Shown one piece after another: positions 44,319-53,968 of a stretch of DNA of 64,000 bases. Within the stretch, counting starts at the first letter, position 1. Each line of letters starts with the position of its first letter. The stretch covers positions 217,276 to 281,275 of the forward strand of contig JACKBJ010000001.1 of the NCBI GenBank assembly GCA_020634625.1, written 5' to 3'. Source of the DNA: Caldilineae bacterium (GTDB lineage Bacteria; Chloroflexota; Anaerolineae; Epilineales; Epilineaceae). The notes under the pieces were generated by a model, which was given only the letters and a program-made list of their open reading frames with translations, ran no database searches and was not told the DNA's origin. A program made the translations under genes and the position numbers.

Positions 44319-44776
44319 GTCGCTCCGAGGCGCCGCGAGGCGACCGCTCGATCCATGTGCCGCCCGGCGGTCCGCCGCGCATCGAGCGACCCGACCCGGA
44401 GATCTACGCGGCGATGGGCGAAGCGGCCGTCTTCGAGATGCTCGCGGACGTCTATCGGGAGCTCGAGCGCTCGAGCATCCGACACCTCTTTCCGGACGAC
44501 ATGCAGGCCGCCTCGGAGCGGTCGGCGGCCTTCTTCGTCGGCCTGCTGGGTGGCCCGCCGCTGTATCAAGAACGCTACGGGCCACCGATGATGCGAGCCC
44601 GGCATCTGCCGTTCGCGATCGACGCGAGCGGACAACGTACCTGGCTGGCCTGCTTCGACGCGGTGCTGGCGCGAGCACCGGAGCGCTATGGTTTTCCGGC
44701 CGAGCACTTGGACGGCTTCCGGGCCTTTCTGGAGGCCTTCTCGGCCTGGATGATCAACACGGCGAGCGAGGCATGA
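44315..44776 (+). CDS. glbO: Group II truncated hemoglobin-like globin
   Basis: ATG 44315 overlaps the upstream stop (ATGA). 153 aa. [26 protein letters not shown] pattern of 2-on-2 globins. Confidence 0.75.
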   Translation: MSRSEAPRGDRSIHVPPGGPPRIERPDPEIYAAMGEAAVFEMLADVYRELERSSIRHLFPDDMQAASERSAAFFVGLLGGPPLYQERYGPPMMRARHLPFAIDASGQRTWLACFDAVLARAPERYGFPAEHLDGFRAFLEAFSAWMINTASEA

Positions 44777-44855
44777 TGCTATCATCTGCTTCAGCAATCA
44801 GGGCCGCGCGCCAGGACCGATCGGCGCCTGCCCGGCCAACCCCTCGGAGGACGCG

Positions 44856-46079
44856 ATGAGCGCCGCAGTATCGGCAGGTAGCGCGGCGGGCACGGCGCCG
44901 GCCGCCCGCAAGCCCCGATTCAGGTGGGAGGATGCCTTGCTCCTGGATCAGCAGCTCGACGACGACGAGCGCATGGTCCGGGACATGGCGCACGACTACT
45001 GCCAGGAGCGACTGATGCCGCGCATCCTGGAGGCCAATCGCGCCGAGCGCTTCGATCGCGCCATCTTCGACGAGATGGGCGGCCTCGGGCTCCTCGGCTC
45101 GACCATCGAGGGCTACGGCTGCGCGGGCGTCAACCACGTCACCTATGGGCTCATCGCGCGCGAGGTCGAGCGGGTGGACTCCGGCTACCGCTCGGCGATG
45201 AGCGTCCAGTCGAGCCTGGTCATGCATCCGATCGACAGCTTTGGCAGCGCCGAGCAGAAGGAGCGCTTCCTGCCCCGGCTGGCCAAGGGCGAGCTCGTCG
45301 GCTGCTTTGGCTTGACCGAGCCCGACCACGGCAGCGACCCGGGCTCGATGGTCAGCCGGGCGCGTGCCGTCGAGGGCGGCTATCGCCTCAGCGGCGCCAA
45401 GACCTGGATCACCAACTCCCCGATCGCCGACGTCTTCGTGGTCTGGGCCAAGGACGATGCCGGTGAGATTCGCGGCTTCCTGCTCGAGCGCGGGATGGAG
45501 GGCCTGTCGTCGCCCAAGCTGGAAGGCAAGTTCTCACTGCGCGCCTCGGCCACCGGCATGATCGTGATGGACGAGGTCTTCGTTCCGGAAGCCAACGCCT
45601 TCCCCGAGATCCGTGGGCTCAAGGGACCGTTCAGCTGCCTGAACAAGGCCCGTTACGGCATCGCGTGGGGCGCCCTCGGAGCGGCCGAGTTCTGCTGGCA
45701 CGCCGCCCGCCAATACACGCTGGACCGAAACCAGTTCGGGCGACCGCTGGCGGCGACGCAGCTGATCCAGAAGAAGCTGGCCGACATGCAGACCGAGATC
45801 TCCATCGGCCTACAGGCCTGCCTGCGAGTCGGTCGCCTCATGGACGCCGGTCAGGCCACGCCCGAAATGGTCTCGTTGATCAAGCGCAACTCCTGTGGCA
45901 AGGCGCTCGACATCGCTCGGATGGCGCGTGACATGCACGGCGGCAACGGCATCTCGGACGAATACCATGTGATCCGTCACGTGATGAACCTCGAGTCCGT
46001 CAATACCTACGAAGGCACGCACGACATCCACGCGCTCATCCTGGGTCGAGCACAGACCGGAATCCAGGCCTTCAATTAG
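44856..46079 (+). CDS. gcdH: Glutaryl-CoA dehydrogenase
   Basis: GGAGG 5 nt before the ATG. Acyl-CoA dehydrogenase motifs [27 protein letters not shown] and [14 protein letters not shown]. Confidence 0.9.
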   Translation: MSAAVSAGSAAGTAPAARKPRFRWEDALLLDQQLDDDERMVRDMAHDYCQERLMPRILEANRAERFDRAIFDEMGGLGLLGSTIEGYGCAGVNHVTYGLIAREVERVDSGYRSAMSVQSSLVMHPIDSFGSAEQKERFLPRLAKGELVGCFGLTEPDHGSDPGSMVSRARAVEGGYRLSGAKTWITNSPIADVFVVWAKDDAGEIRGFLLERGMEGLSSPKLEGKFSLRASATGMIVMDEVFVPEANAFPEIRGLKGPFSCLNKARYGIAWGALGAAEFCWHAARQYTLDRNQFGRPLAATQLIQKKLADMQTEISIGLQACLRVGRLMDAGQATPEMVSLIKRNSCGKALDIARMARDMHGGNGISDEYHVIRHVMNLESVNTYEGTHDIHALILGRAQTGIQAFN

Positions 46080-46118
46080 ACCACGGCCCCGCTCGGGGCG
46101 ATCTCGGAGCAGTGCATC

Positions 46119-47717
46119 ATGGCCAACATCGCGCCGGGCACGGCGCGCGGGATGCGCGACCTGCTGCCCGCGGACATGCGCCGGCAGCTGTACGTCTGCG
46201 GCGTCCTGACCGAGGTCTTCGAGGCCTTCGGCTTCGAGCCGCTGTCGACGCCCGCCATCGAGCGGGCCGAGACGCTGCTAGGCAAGTACGGTCCCGATGC
46301 GGAGCGGCTGATCTACCGGGCATCGCTCGGGCGCGAGCAGTCGCTCGCGCTGCGCTACGACCACACCGTCTCGACCGCGCGCGTCGCGGCGACCTACGAC
46401 GCGTTGCCACGACCCTTCAAGCGCTATCAGATCGGACCGGTCTGGCGCGGCGAGCGGCCGCAGCGCGGTCGCTTCCGCGAGTTCACCCAGGCCGACGTGG
46501 ACATCATCGGCGAAGCCTCGGTGCTGGCCGACGCCGAGATCGTCGCCATCGTCATCACCGCCCTCGATCGTCTGGGCTTCCCGGCCAGCCTGACCAAGCT
46601 CAACAACCGCAAGCTGCTCAACGGCATCGGCCGCTTCGCCGGCGTGCCGGATGGGCAGCTGGCGGGCCTCTACCGCGCCATCGACAAGCTCGACAAGATC
46701 GGCATGGACGGCGTGCGTCGCGAGCTGCGCAGCGTCGGGCTGCCTGGCGATCTGCTCAATCGCGAGCGCCAGGCGGTCGACCGCTGGCTGCGCGGAACCG
46801 CCGACCGCGCCCGACTGCGCGAGGATCTCGGGCTGGCCCAGGACGCGGCCGGCGCGCCCATCGGCGCCAACCCGGGCATCGAGGCCTTCCTGGACGCTCT
46901 GGCCGACTTCCCGGAGGGCGCCGGCACGACGCCGGCGCTGCTCGAACGGGCCAGCGCGGTTGCCCTGGATGCCAGCATCGCCGTGCTGCGCCAGCTCGCG
47001 CCGCGAGACGATCTGGTGCCCGACGGGGTCACCGAGCGGCTGCTGGAGCTCTTGCAGCTGAGCGGCGCGCCGCGCCCGCTGCTGGACGCGCTGGGCGCAC
47101 GGCTGGACGATCCGGGCGCGCGGGAGGGCATCGCGGAGCTGGTCCGCGTCATGGACGCGCTCGACGCCGCCGGCATCGATCCCGAGCGCTACGCCGTCGA
47201 CTTCGCCATGGTCCGAGGACTGGACTACTACACCGGCACCATCTTCGAGACCCTGGTCGAGGAGCCTCCGATCGGCTCGATCACCGGTGGCGGTCGCTAC
47301 GACACGCTCATCGGGCTCTTCGGCACCGACCTGCCCGCCGTGGGGAGCAGCTTCGGCATCGACCGACTGGTCGATGTCATGGACACGCTCGATCTCTTTC
47401 CCGCCTCCCTGGCGCAGCCCACGACCCGGGTGCTGGTGGCGCTGTTCGACGATGCCACGGCCATGGCCTCGGTGGAAGCCGCCAGCCGGCTGCGGCGGGC
47501 CGGCATCCCGACCGAGCTTGCCTTCCGCGCCGAAGGCATCGGCGAGCAGATCCGGACCGCGCTCAAACGCGAGATCCCGGTGCTGGTCATCCTCGGGCCG
47601 GACGAGATCGCGGCGGGTCAGGCGACCCTCAGAGACCTTCGGCGGCGGGTCCAGCGCAGCGTTCCACTCGACGATCTGGTCGAGGTCACCCAGGCGATCT
47701 TGAGCGAGGCCGAATGA
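46119..47717 (+). CDS. hisS: Histidyl-tRNA synthetase with an enlarged insertion domain
   Basis: GMRDLLP, RYDHTV, FREFTQADVDIIG (motif 2) and VRGLDYYTG. 532 aa versus the usual ~420. Confidence 0.9.
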   Translation: MANIAPGTARGMRDLLPADMRRQLYVCGVLTEVFEAFGFEPLSTPAIERAETLLGKYGPDAERLIYRASLGREQSLALRYDHTVSTARVAATYDALPRPFKRYQIGPVWRGERPQRGRFREFTQADVDIIGEASVLADAEIVAIVITALDRLGFPASLTKLNNRKLLNGIGRFAGVPDGQLAGLYRAIDKLDKIGMDGVRRELRSVGLPGDLLNRERQAVDRWLRGTADRARLREDLGLAQDAAGAPIGANPGIEAFLDALADFPEGAGTTPALLERASAVALDASIAVLRQLAPRDDLVPDGVTERLLELLQLSGAPRPLLDALGARLDDPGAREGIAELVRVMDALDAAGIDPERYAVDFAMVRGLDYYTGTIFETLVEEPPIGSITGGGRYDTLIGLFGTDLPAVGSSFGIDRLVDVMDTLDLFPASLAQPTTRVLVALFDDATAMASVEAASRLRRAGIPTELAFRAEGIGEQIRTALKREIPVLVILGPDEIAAGQATLRDLRRRVQRSVPLDDLVEVTQAILSEAE

Positions 47718-49519
47718 ACCAGCCCGTGCCGTCCAAGCCACCGACGTCACGAAGCAGGGCCGGGCGCTGGATCCTGCTCGCGATCGCCGCGTTGCTGGTG
47801 TCGATCCCGGCACTCTACCGGATCGGCTATGGCGACGCGATCTATCCGGGCGTTCGCGTGGCCGGGATCGACCTGGGGGGCCTCAACGCGCCGGCCGCGG
47901 TCGACCGTCTGCGCGAGGCGGGCTTCGACCCCGATGCCGCCGTCTCGCTGGGCGTCGACGACATGAGCTGGCAGCTCGAGCCGGGCGAGAGCGGCCTCGC
48001 CTTCGACATCAATGCGACCGCCACGGCCGCCTGGCAGGTCGGTCGCGGCCGAGGCCCATCGGCGCTGATCGACATGCTGGCGGCGCGCCTGGTCGGGCGC
48101 GACCTGCGGCCGATCGTCCGCTTCGACGAGGCCCAGGCGATGCGCGCTCTGGCGGAGCTGGCCGACGCCTTCGACCGCGAGGCGGTCAACGCACACGTCC
48201 GGCTCGAGGGCACGCTGGTCCAACCCGCACCGGCCGTCACCGGTCGCTTCTTGAACATGCGCGCGGCGCGTGACACCCTCGAAGCCGCGGCGCGGGCCGG
48301 CGCCTGGCCGATCCGCGACCTCCCGCTGGACTTCAGCCGCGTCGAGCCGGAGGTGACCGATGCCAGCGAGGCCATCGCGACCGCCCAGAGCCTCCTCGCC
48401 CAGCCCTTGACCCTGCGCGCCGAAGGCGAGACCTGGACCCTGGCACCCGAGATGCTCGCGCCGATGCTCACCACGACCGATGTCGACGGCGCGGTCCAGC
48501 TCGACCTCGATCGGAGCCGCTTCAACGCCTGGCTGCAGCCGATCACCGAGACCATCTCGCGCACCGCCGCCCTGCCTCGATTCCGCTTCGACCCCGAGGC
48601 CGGCAACCTGACCCTTCTCGAGAGCGGCGTCGACGGACGGAGGCTCAACCTCGAGGCGACCGCCGAACGCGTGCTCGAGGCCGGTCGCTTGGGATCGCGG
48701 CTGGTGCGCATGGCGCTGGAGATCGAACCGCCGGCCGTGGCCGATACCGTCACCGCCGCCGAGCTGGGCATCCGCGAGGTGGTCGGCGAGTCGACCAGCC
48801 GCTACGCGGGCTCGGCGCCGGGCCGCGTCCACAACGTCGCCCTGGCGACCTCGAAGTACGACGGCCTGCTGATCCCCCCGGATGCGGTGTTCTCGTTCAA
48901 CGAGCATCTGGGCGACGTCTCGGAAGAGGAAGGCTACGAGAAGACGCTGATCATCCTGGACGGCGCCACCGCCGACGGCGTCGGTGGCGGCGTCTGCCAG
49001 GTCTCGACCACGCTGTTCCGCGCTGCCTTCTGGGCCGGGTTGCCGATCGTCGAGCGGCATGCCCATGGCTATCGCGTGGGCTACTACGAGCAGGGCGAGC
49101 CGCCCGGCTTCGACGCCACCATCTACAGTCCGATCGTCGACCTGAAGCTGCGCAACGATACCGGCGCCTGGCTGCTGATCGATGCCAGCACCAATCAGCC
49201 AGCGCGAACGGCCCGCTTCATCCTCTACGGCAGCCGGCCCGACCGCGAGGTCGAGCTGGCCGAAGTCGTCCGTAGCAAGCCGGTGCCGCCGCCCGCTCCC
49301 CGGATCGAGATCGATCCCGAGCTGGCGCCCGGCACCTCGGAGGTGGTCGAGCTCGCACGGGATGGGCTTTCGGTCAGCTTGACCCGCGTCATCCGCGAGG
49401 CGGGCGAGGAACGTCGCGATGTGTTCCACTCGACCTACCGTCCGACCGGTCAGCTGACGGCCGTCGGGCCGAGCCTCGAAGCCTCGAGCGGCTCGGATCT
49501 CGACACCGGCAGCCCCTAG
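47714..49519 (+). CDS. VanW-family protein with N-terminal anchor
   Basis: ATG 47714 overlaps the hisS stop (ATGA). TM WILLAIAALLVSIPAL. VanW core GGGVCQVSTTLFRAAFWAGLPIVERHAHGYRVGYY. Confidence 0.85.
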   Translation: MNQPVPSKPPTSRSRAGRWILLAIAALLVSIPALYRIGYGDAIYPGVRVAGIDLGGLNAPAAVDRLREAGFDPDAAVSLGVDDMSWQLEPGESGLAFDINATATAAWQVGRGRGPSALIDMLAARLVGRDLRPIVRFDEAQAMRALAELADAFDREAVNAHVRLEGTLVQPAPAVTGRFLNMRAARDTLEAAARAGAWPIRDLPLDFSRVEPEVTDASEAIATAQSLLAQPLTLRAEGETWTLAPEMLAPMLTTTDVDGAVQLDLDRSRFNAWLQPITETISRTAALPRFRFDPEAGNLTLLESGVDGRRLNLEATAERVLEAGRLGSRLVRMALEIEPPAVADTVTAAELGIREVVGESTSRYAGSAPGRVHNVALATSKYDGLLIPPDAVFSFNEHLGDVSEEEGYEKTLIILDGATADGVGGGVCQVSTTLFRAAFWAGLPIVERHAHGYRVGYYEQGEPPGFDATIYSPIVDLKLRNDTGAWLLIDASTNQPARTARFILYGSRPDREVELAEVVRSKPVPPPAPRIEIDPELAPGTSEVVELARDGLSVSLTRVIREAGEERRDVFHSTYRPTGQLTAVGPSLEASSGSDLDTGSP

Positions 49520-49542
49520 GCACCGGTCCGGGAGACCCAGCC

Positions 49543-50580
49543 TTGACCGAGGCGAGCGGCGTCGCCGCCAGACGCCGTTCGAGCGTAGAGCCGGCGATGG
49601 TCGACCCGCTCTGGCAACGCGAGGCTCTGGGCCATCAGCGGTCCTTGCGGGTCCTCGGTCGCCGGCTCGAGCTGCGATCGACCGAGGCCGAGGGACTGGC
49701 GCTGGCCAGCGCACGCTTCGGACGCTTCGAAAGCCTCGCCGTCGGCAGCGCGGCGATACACATGGACCTCGTGCTGCCGCCCGGCGGATGGACGGCGGAG
49801 GACGCATCGGCAGCGGCAGCGCAGCCGGCCGACGGCGCCTGCCTGACACGGCACCGCGAGCGGGAGAGCCGCTACGTCGCCAGCGCGGGCCCGAGCCTGG
49901 TGCTGGCCGACCTGGAGCGACGCGAGATCTGCGCATTCGTCGAGCCCTCGACGCCGCAGACGCTCGTGGGCGAGGTCATCCTGGCATCGCCGGTGTGGCG
50001 ATGCCTGGCTTGGGAGGGACTGGTCGCGCTGCACGCGGCCACGATCCGTCTCCGGGGTCGAACGCTGGTGCTGATCGGCGGATCCGGTGCCGGCAAGTCC
50101 ACTCTTGCGCTGGCGGCTGCGCTGGCCGGCGCCCAGGTGCTGTGCGAAGAGGTCACCTGGCTGGACGCTGCGGTCGGCGAGCCGGTGTTGCGTGGCGAGC
50201 CCTGGCATGTCGGCATCGATGCAAGGCGCATCGATCGGCATTTCGAGCGATTCCGCCTGGGCACGATGCGGCCAGATGCGAGCCCGGAGAAGACCGTGAT
50301 CGAGCTCGCGTCGCTCGCGCCCGATGCCGGCATCGAAGTGTGTCCGATCGGCCCGATCGTGTTCTTGGACCGGCAGTCGCGTGACGGGCCGGCCGACCTG
50401 GTACCCCTGCCCGTCGCCGTAGCCCGGCATCGTTTCGAGTCCGGTCTCGGCGCCGGCGAACGCAGCCAGCGCGCTTCGCGCCTGTCAGCGGCCTTCGATC
50501 GCTTGGCGCAGCAGGGCGCGCACCGGCTCCGCTTCCGGAACCCGTCCGAGGCGTTGGACCTGCTCGAGCGGCTGACCTGA
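49543..50580 (+). CDS. HPr kinase C-terminal-domain-like P-loop protein
   Basis: LHAATIRLRGRTLVLIGGSGAGKSTLALAAALAG matches the HprK-like nucleotide-binding core. The track start is a non-ATG codon (TTG as read from the sequence); alternative ATG at 49597. Confidence 0.55.
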   Translation: MTEASGVAARRRSSVEPAMVDPLWQREALGHQRSLRVLGRRLELRSTEAEGLALASARFGRFESLAVGSAAIHMDLVLPPGGWTAEDASAAAAQPADGACLTRHRERESRYVASAGPSLVLADLERREICAFVEPSTPQTLVGEVILASPVWRCLAWEGLVALHAATIRLRGRTLVLIGGSGAGKSTLALAAALAGAQVLCEEVTWLDAAVGEPVLRGEPWHVGIDARRIDRHFERFRLGTMRPDASPEKTVIELASLAPDAGIEVCPIGPIVFLDRQSRDGPADLVPLPVAVARHRFESGLGAGERSQRASRLSAAFDRLAQQGAHRLRFRNPSEALDLLERLT

Positions 50581-50610
50581 CCTTCGCAGGACCTGCATGG
50601 GAGAGCCAAG

Positions 50611-51414
50611 ATGGATCGCTATCGAATCAAGCCGGGCAGCCAGGTCGACCTGAGCCGTCACGATCCGGACGACCGCAGCGCCTTCGATGGCGACAAAGCG
50701 GCGGGCAAGGCCGAGACGGCCGCGCTCAACGGCCGGCTGGAAGCGCTGCAGGAGCTCCTGTATGCCGAGGGGCGGCACAAGGTCCTGGTCGTGCTGCAGG
50801 CGATGGACGCGGGCGGCAAGGACGGGACCATCCGCAGCGTGTTCGAGGGCGTCAACCCGCAGGGCGTCAAGGTCGCCAGCTTCAAGCGGCCGACACCGCC
50901 CGAGCAGGCCCACGACTACCTCTGGCGCGTCCATGGCCAGACGCCCGGCAGCGGCGAGATCGTCATCTTCAACCGCAGCCACTACGAGGACGTGCTGGTG
51001 GTACGCGTGCACGAGCTCGTGCCGGAGTCGCGCTGGCGCAAGCGGTTCGCGCACATCCGCGCGTTCGAATCGATGCTCGGCGACGAGGGCACGCGGATCG
51101 TCAAGTTCTTTCTGCACGTCTCCAAGGACGAGCAGCGCGAGCGCCTTCAAGAACGGATCGACGATCCGAGGAAGCGCTGGAAGGCCAACCCGGCCGACCT
51201 GGAAGAACGCAAGCGCTGGGACGACTACCAGGCCGCCTACGAGGAGGCGCTGGCCGAGACGAGCACGGAACAGGCACCCTGGTACGTGATCCCAGCCAAC
51301 GCCAACTGGTATCGCAACCTCGTCATCAGCCGGATCCTGGTCGACTTGCTCGAAGGGCTGTCCATGCGCTACCCGGAGCCGGCCGAAGGGATCCCCGACA
51401 TGCGGGTCGTCTGA
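50611..51414 (+). CDS. ppk2: Polyphosphate kinase 2 (single-domain)
   Basis: GGGAGAG 5 nt before the ATG. LQAMDAGGKDGTI Walker A, FNRSHYEDVLVVRVH, ERKRWDDYQAAYE, PWYVIPANANWYRN. Confidence 0.9.
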   Translation: MDRYRIKPGSQVDLSRHDPDDRSAFDGDKAAGKAETAALNGRLEALQELLYAEGRHKVLVVLQAMDAGGKDGTIRSVFEGVNPQGVKVASFKRPTPPEQAHDYLWRVHGQTPGSGEIVIFNRSHYEDVLVVRVHELVPESRWRKRFAHIRAFESMLGDEGTRIVKFFLHVSKDEQRERLQERIDDPRKRWKANPADLEERKRWDDYQAAYEEALAETSTEQAPWYVIPANANWYRNLVISRILVDLLEGLSMRYPEPAEGIPDMRVV

Positions 51415-51495
51415 CCTCGGGCAACGCAGGATCGCGGACGGCCGGAATGGACGTCCCGACGAACGAACGGGCGGCCGGGACGGACTGTCGCGGCG

Positions 51496-52161
51496 TCAAG
51501 GGATGGCGGCGGGCGTGCTCGCGGCGGGATCGTAGCCGGCGTGCAGGACCAGCCGCTTGTCGTAGCTGCCGGCCCTCTTGTCCCAGACGCCGTCGCAGGT
51601 GATCAGGCTCAGGCCGGGCACCGCCGAGGGACCGAAGACGTCCTCCCAGACGGCCGCGTCCACCGCGTCGGCATCGAGCAGGCGGCTGTCCTCGACCCGA
51701 AAGGCATAGCGTTCCCCGCCCGGGTAATCCACGTAGACCGGGTCGCCCGGCGCCAGCTCCCGGAGACGGTAGAAGACGGCTGCCGCGCCCCGGTCATCGT
51801 CGAAGTGGCCCGAGATGATGGCGTTGCCCGGCTCGCCCGGACGGAAGCCGGCATCGTACCAACCGGCGTTTCCCCAGGCATTCGGCACGTCGATCGCCTG
51901 ATCCGGCGTCAGACCAAGCCGCTCGAGCGGGGCGTCGATGTCGACGGCCGGAATCGCGATTCGGGCCGGAGCGCCAAGCCCTGCCCAGGGATCCGGCGTC
52001 GCCGTCGGCGCGCTCGTCGCGCTGACCGGAGCTTCGTCCACGGTCGAGGCCGGGTCCACGCGATCGGCTCGGCAGGCGGCGATCGAGGCGCCGGCCGCCA
52101 GGGCCGTCAAGGCTGCGATCGCGGCCAACGCGCCTGGCGCCCAGCCAGGTCTCGAGGTCAT
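51496..52161 (-). CDS. Class F sortase
   Basis: N-terminal anchor. IAIPAVDIDAPL, AGWY..PGEPGNAIISGHFD (His), LSLITCDG (Cys) and YDKRLVLHA (Arg). Confidence 0.8.
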   Translation of the reverse strand: MTSRPGWAPGALAAIAALTALAAGASIAACRADRVDPASTVDEAPVSATSAPTATPDPWAGLGAPARIAIPAVDIDAPLERLGLTPDQAIDVPNAWGNAGWYDAGFRPGEPGNAIISGHFDDDRGAAAVFYRLRELAPGDPVYVDYPGGERYAFRVEDSRLLDADAVDAAVWEDVFGPSAVPGLSLITCDGVWDKRAGSYDKRLVLHAGYDPAASTPAAIP

Positions 52162-52393
52162 GGTCTGTCCTTTGGCCAGTGGCCATCGCGCGTCCGTTCA
52201 TAGGATACCGCCTGCCGGTGATCGGAGACAAGCAGCTGCCCTTCGATCGGCCCCGCCGCCCGTCGTCTTGTCGCCGCTCGAGCCATCGGATAGCATTGCG
52301 AGATGGCGGCCGTGCCCGCACCTGGACCGCGGGCGGTAAGCCATGCCTTCGTGCCCGGCACACCCGCCTGGCAGGCCCCACGAGGAGCCGTCG

Positions 52394-53968
52394 ATGCCCG
52401 CTTCGAAGCCGCTTCCGTCGCCCGATGGCCAGGCTATCGACCCACCCGCGGGCCGATCGCGTCGATCGTCGGACGATCGGGCGCCCGCGAAGCCCACCGA
52501 CGGGGCCTTGGAGGCCGGATTCGTCCCCTTCGGCGCCGGCGACCACACCCGGGCCACGGCGATCGTCGACGACGCGGTCATCGACCGTCTGATCGCCGAG
52601 TGCCTTTCCCGACCGCGGGCCTGGGCGGCCCTCGGTGAGCTCTGCGATGGGCTCGGCGGTCGTGTCAGCGGCACGGCCTCGGGTGCAGCCGGCGAGGAGT
52701 GGGGCCTGGGTCGATTTCGCGAGTGGGGCTTCGATTCGGCGGACTTCGAGCCCTTGCGCGTGCCCGTGTGGGAGCGCGGAGCACTGCGGGCCGAGGTGAT
52801 CGTGCCGGCCGCCTGGAGCCTGACCGCGGTGGCACACGGCTTCGCGCCGATCGCGGTCGATCTGCAGGCCGAGCTGGTCGACCTGGGCTTCGCGGAGGCG
52901 GAGGACTTTGTGCGCGTTGGAGCCGGCGTCCAGGGACGTCTGGTGCTCTGCGACGAAGGCGTCCGGCCCGGCCGACGCGCGCTGCACCGCAGCGAGAAGC
53001 TGGGACTGGCCGCCGCCCATGGCGCCGCGGGTCTGTTGATCCTCAGCTCGGCCGCAGGCGGCCTGGCGCGCACGGGCGTGTGCCACGCCGATCTGGCGCC
53101 CATCCCGAGCCTGGGCATCTCGCGCGAGGACGGGCTGCGATTGCGTCGCCTGGCGGCCGCTCCGAATGCGATTCCGCCGACACTCCGAATCCACATGCGC
53201 AACCGCTATGGCAGCGGCCAGGCGCGCAACGTGCTCGCCGAGCTCCCAGGCCGTGATCCCGACGCCGGGCTGGTGCTGGCCGGCGCGCACCTGGACAGCT
53301 GGGACCTGGCCCAGGGCGCCACGGACAACGGGCTCGGAGCGGCGATCGTGCTGGAGATGGCGCGCGCCCTGGCCGCGCTGCCGGCGTCGCTGCGACCCAG
53401 ACGACGCATGCGCTTCGCGCTCTGGGCGGCCGAGGAGACCGGGCTCCGGGGCTCCAAGGCCTACGTCGCGGCCCATGCCGGCGAGCTGGGCCACCATGCG
53501 GCCGTGATGAACTTCGACATGACCGGCGATCCCTACGGCTATTGGGCGCCCGGGCGGGCGGACGCCACGACCCTGCTCGTCTGGCTCGCGCACCGCCTGG
53601 CGCCGCTCGGCATGCGCCAGGACCTGCGACACGAAGCCGGACTGCACAGCGACCACCAGCCCTTCATGCTGGCCGGCGTGCCCGTCGTCGCCTTGCTCGG
53701 CGAGCTGGGCGAGCAGGGCGGGCGCTACTACCACAGCGTAGGCGACACTTTCGAGAAGGTCTCGCTGCCCGCGCTGTGTCGGGCTGCCGCGGTCGGCGCG
53801 ATCACCCTCTGGGCGCTGGCGGACGCGGACGACGCGCTCGCCCTGCCCCACTTCGGCGCCGCCGAGGTGCGCGGGATGATCGATGCAGCGGACCTGACCG
53901 AGGCCTTGCGCGCCGAAGGGTACGACGGACCACCGATGCAGATCGATCCGACGGGGGTGTCCCGATGA
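52394..53968 (+). CDS. M28 family aminopeptidase with PA-like domain
   Basis: GAGGAG 6 nt before ATG 52394. GAHLDSWD, ATDNGLGAAIVLE, WAAEETGLRGS and SDHQPF zinc-site motifs. No obvious signal peptide. Confidence 0.8.
   Translation: MPASKPLPSPDGQAIDPPAGRSRRSSDDRAPAKPTDGALEAGFVPFGAGDHTRATAIVDDAVIDRLIAECLSRPRAWAALGELCDGLGGRVSGTASGAAGEEWGLGRFREWGFDSADFEPLRVPVWERGALRAEVIVPAAWSLTAVAHGFAPIAVDLQAELVDLGFAEAEDFVRVGAGVQGRLVLCDEGVRPGRRALHRSEKLGLAAAHGAAGLLILSSAAGGLARTGVCHADLAPIPSLGISREDGLRLRRLAAAPNAIPPTLRIHMRNRYGSGQARNVLAELPGRDPDAGLVLAGAHLDSWDLAQGATDNGLGAAIVLEMARALAALPASLRPRRRMRFALWAAEETGLRGSKAYVAAHAGELGHHAAVMNFDMTGDPYGYWAPGRADATTLLVWLAHRLAPLGMRQDLRHEAGLHSDHQPFMLAGVPVVALLGELGEQGGRYYHSVGDTFEKVSLPALCRAAAVGAITLWALADADDALALPHFGAAEVRGMIDAADLTEALRAEGYDGPPMQIDPTGVSR

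Noticed and set aside
40122-44678. Antisense or alternative-frame ORFs 40122..42044, 40535..42283 and 42198..44678
   Set aside because: They are shadows of the beta-helix and double-vWA genes, with no motifs and an extreme Arg/Gly/Ala content.
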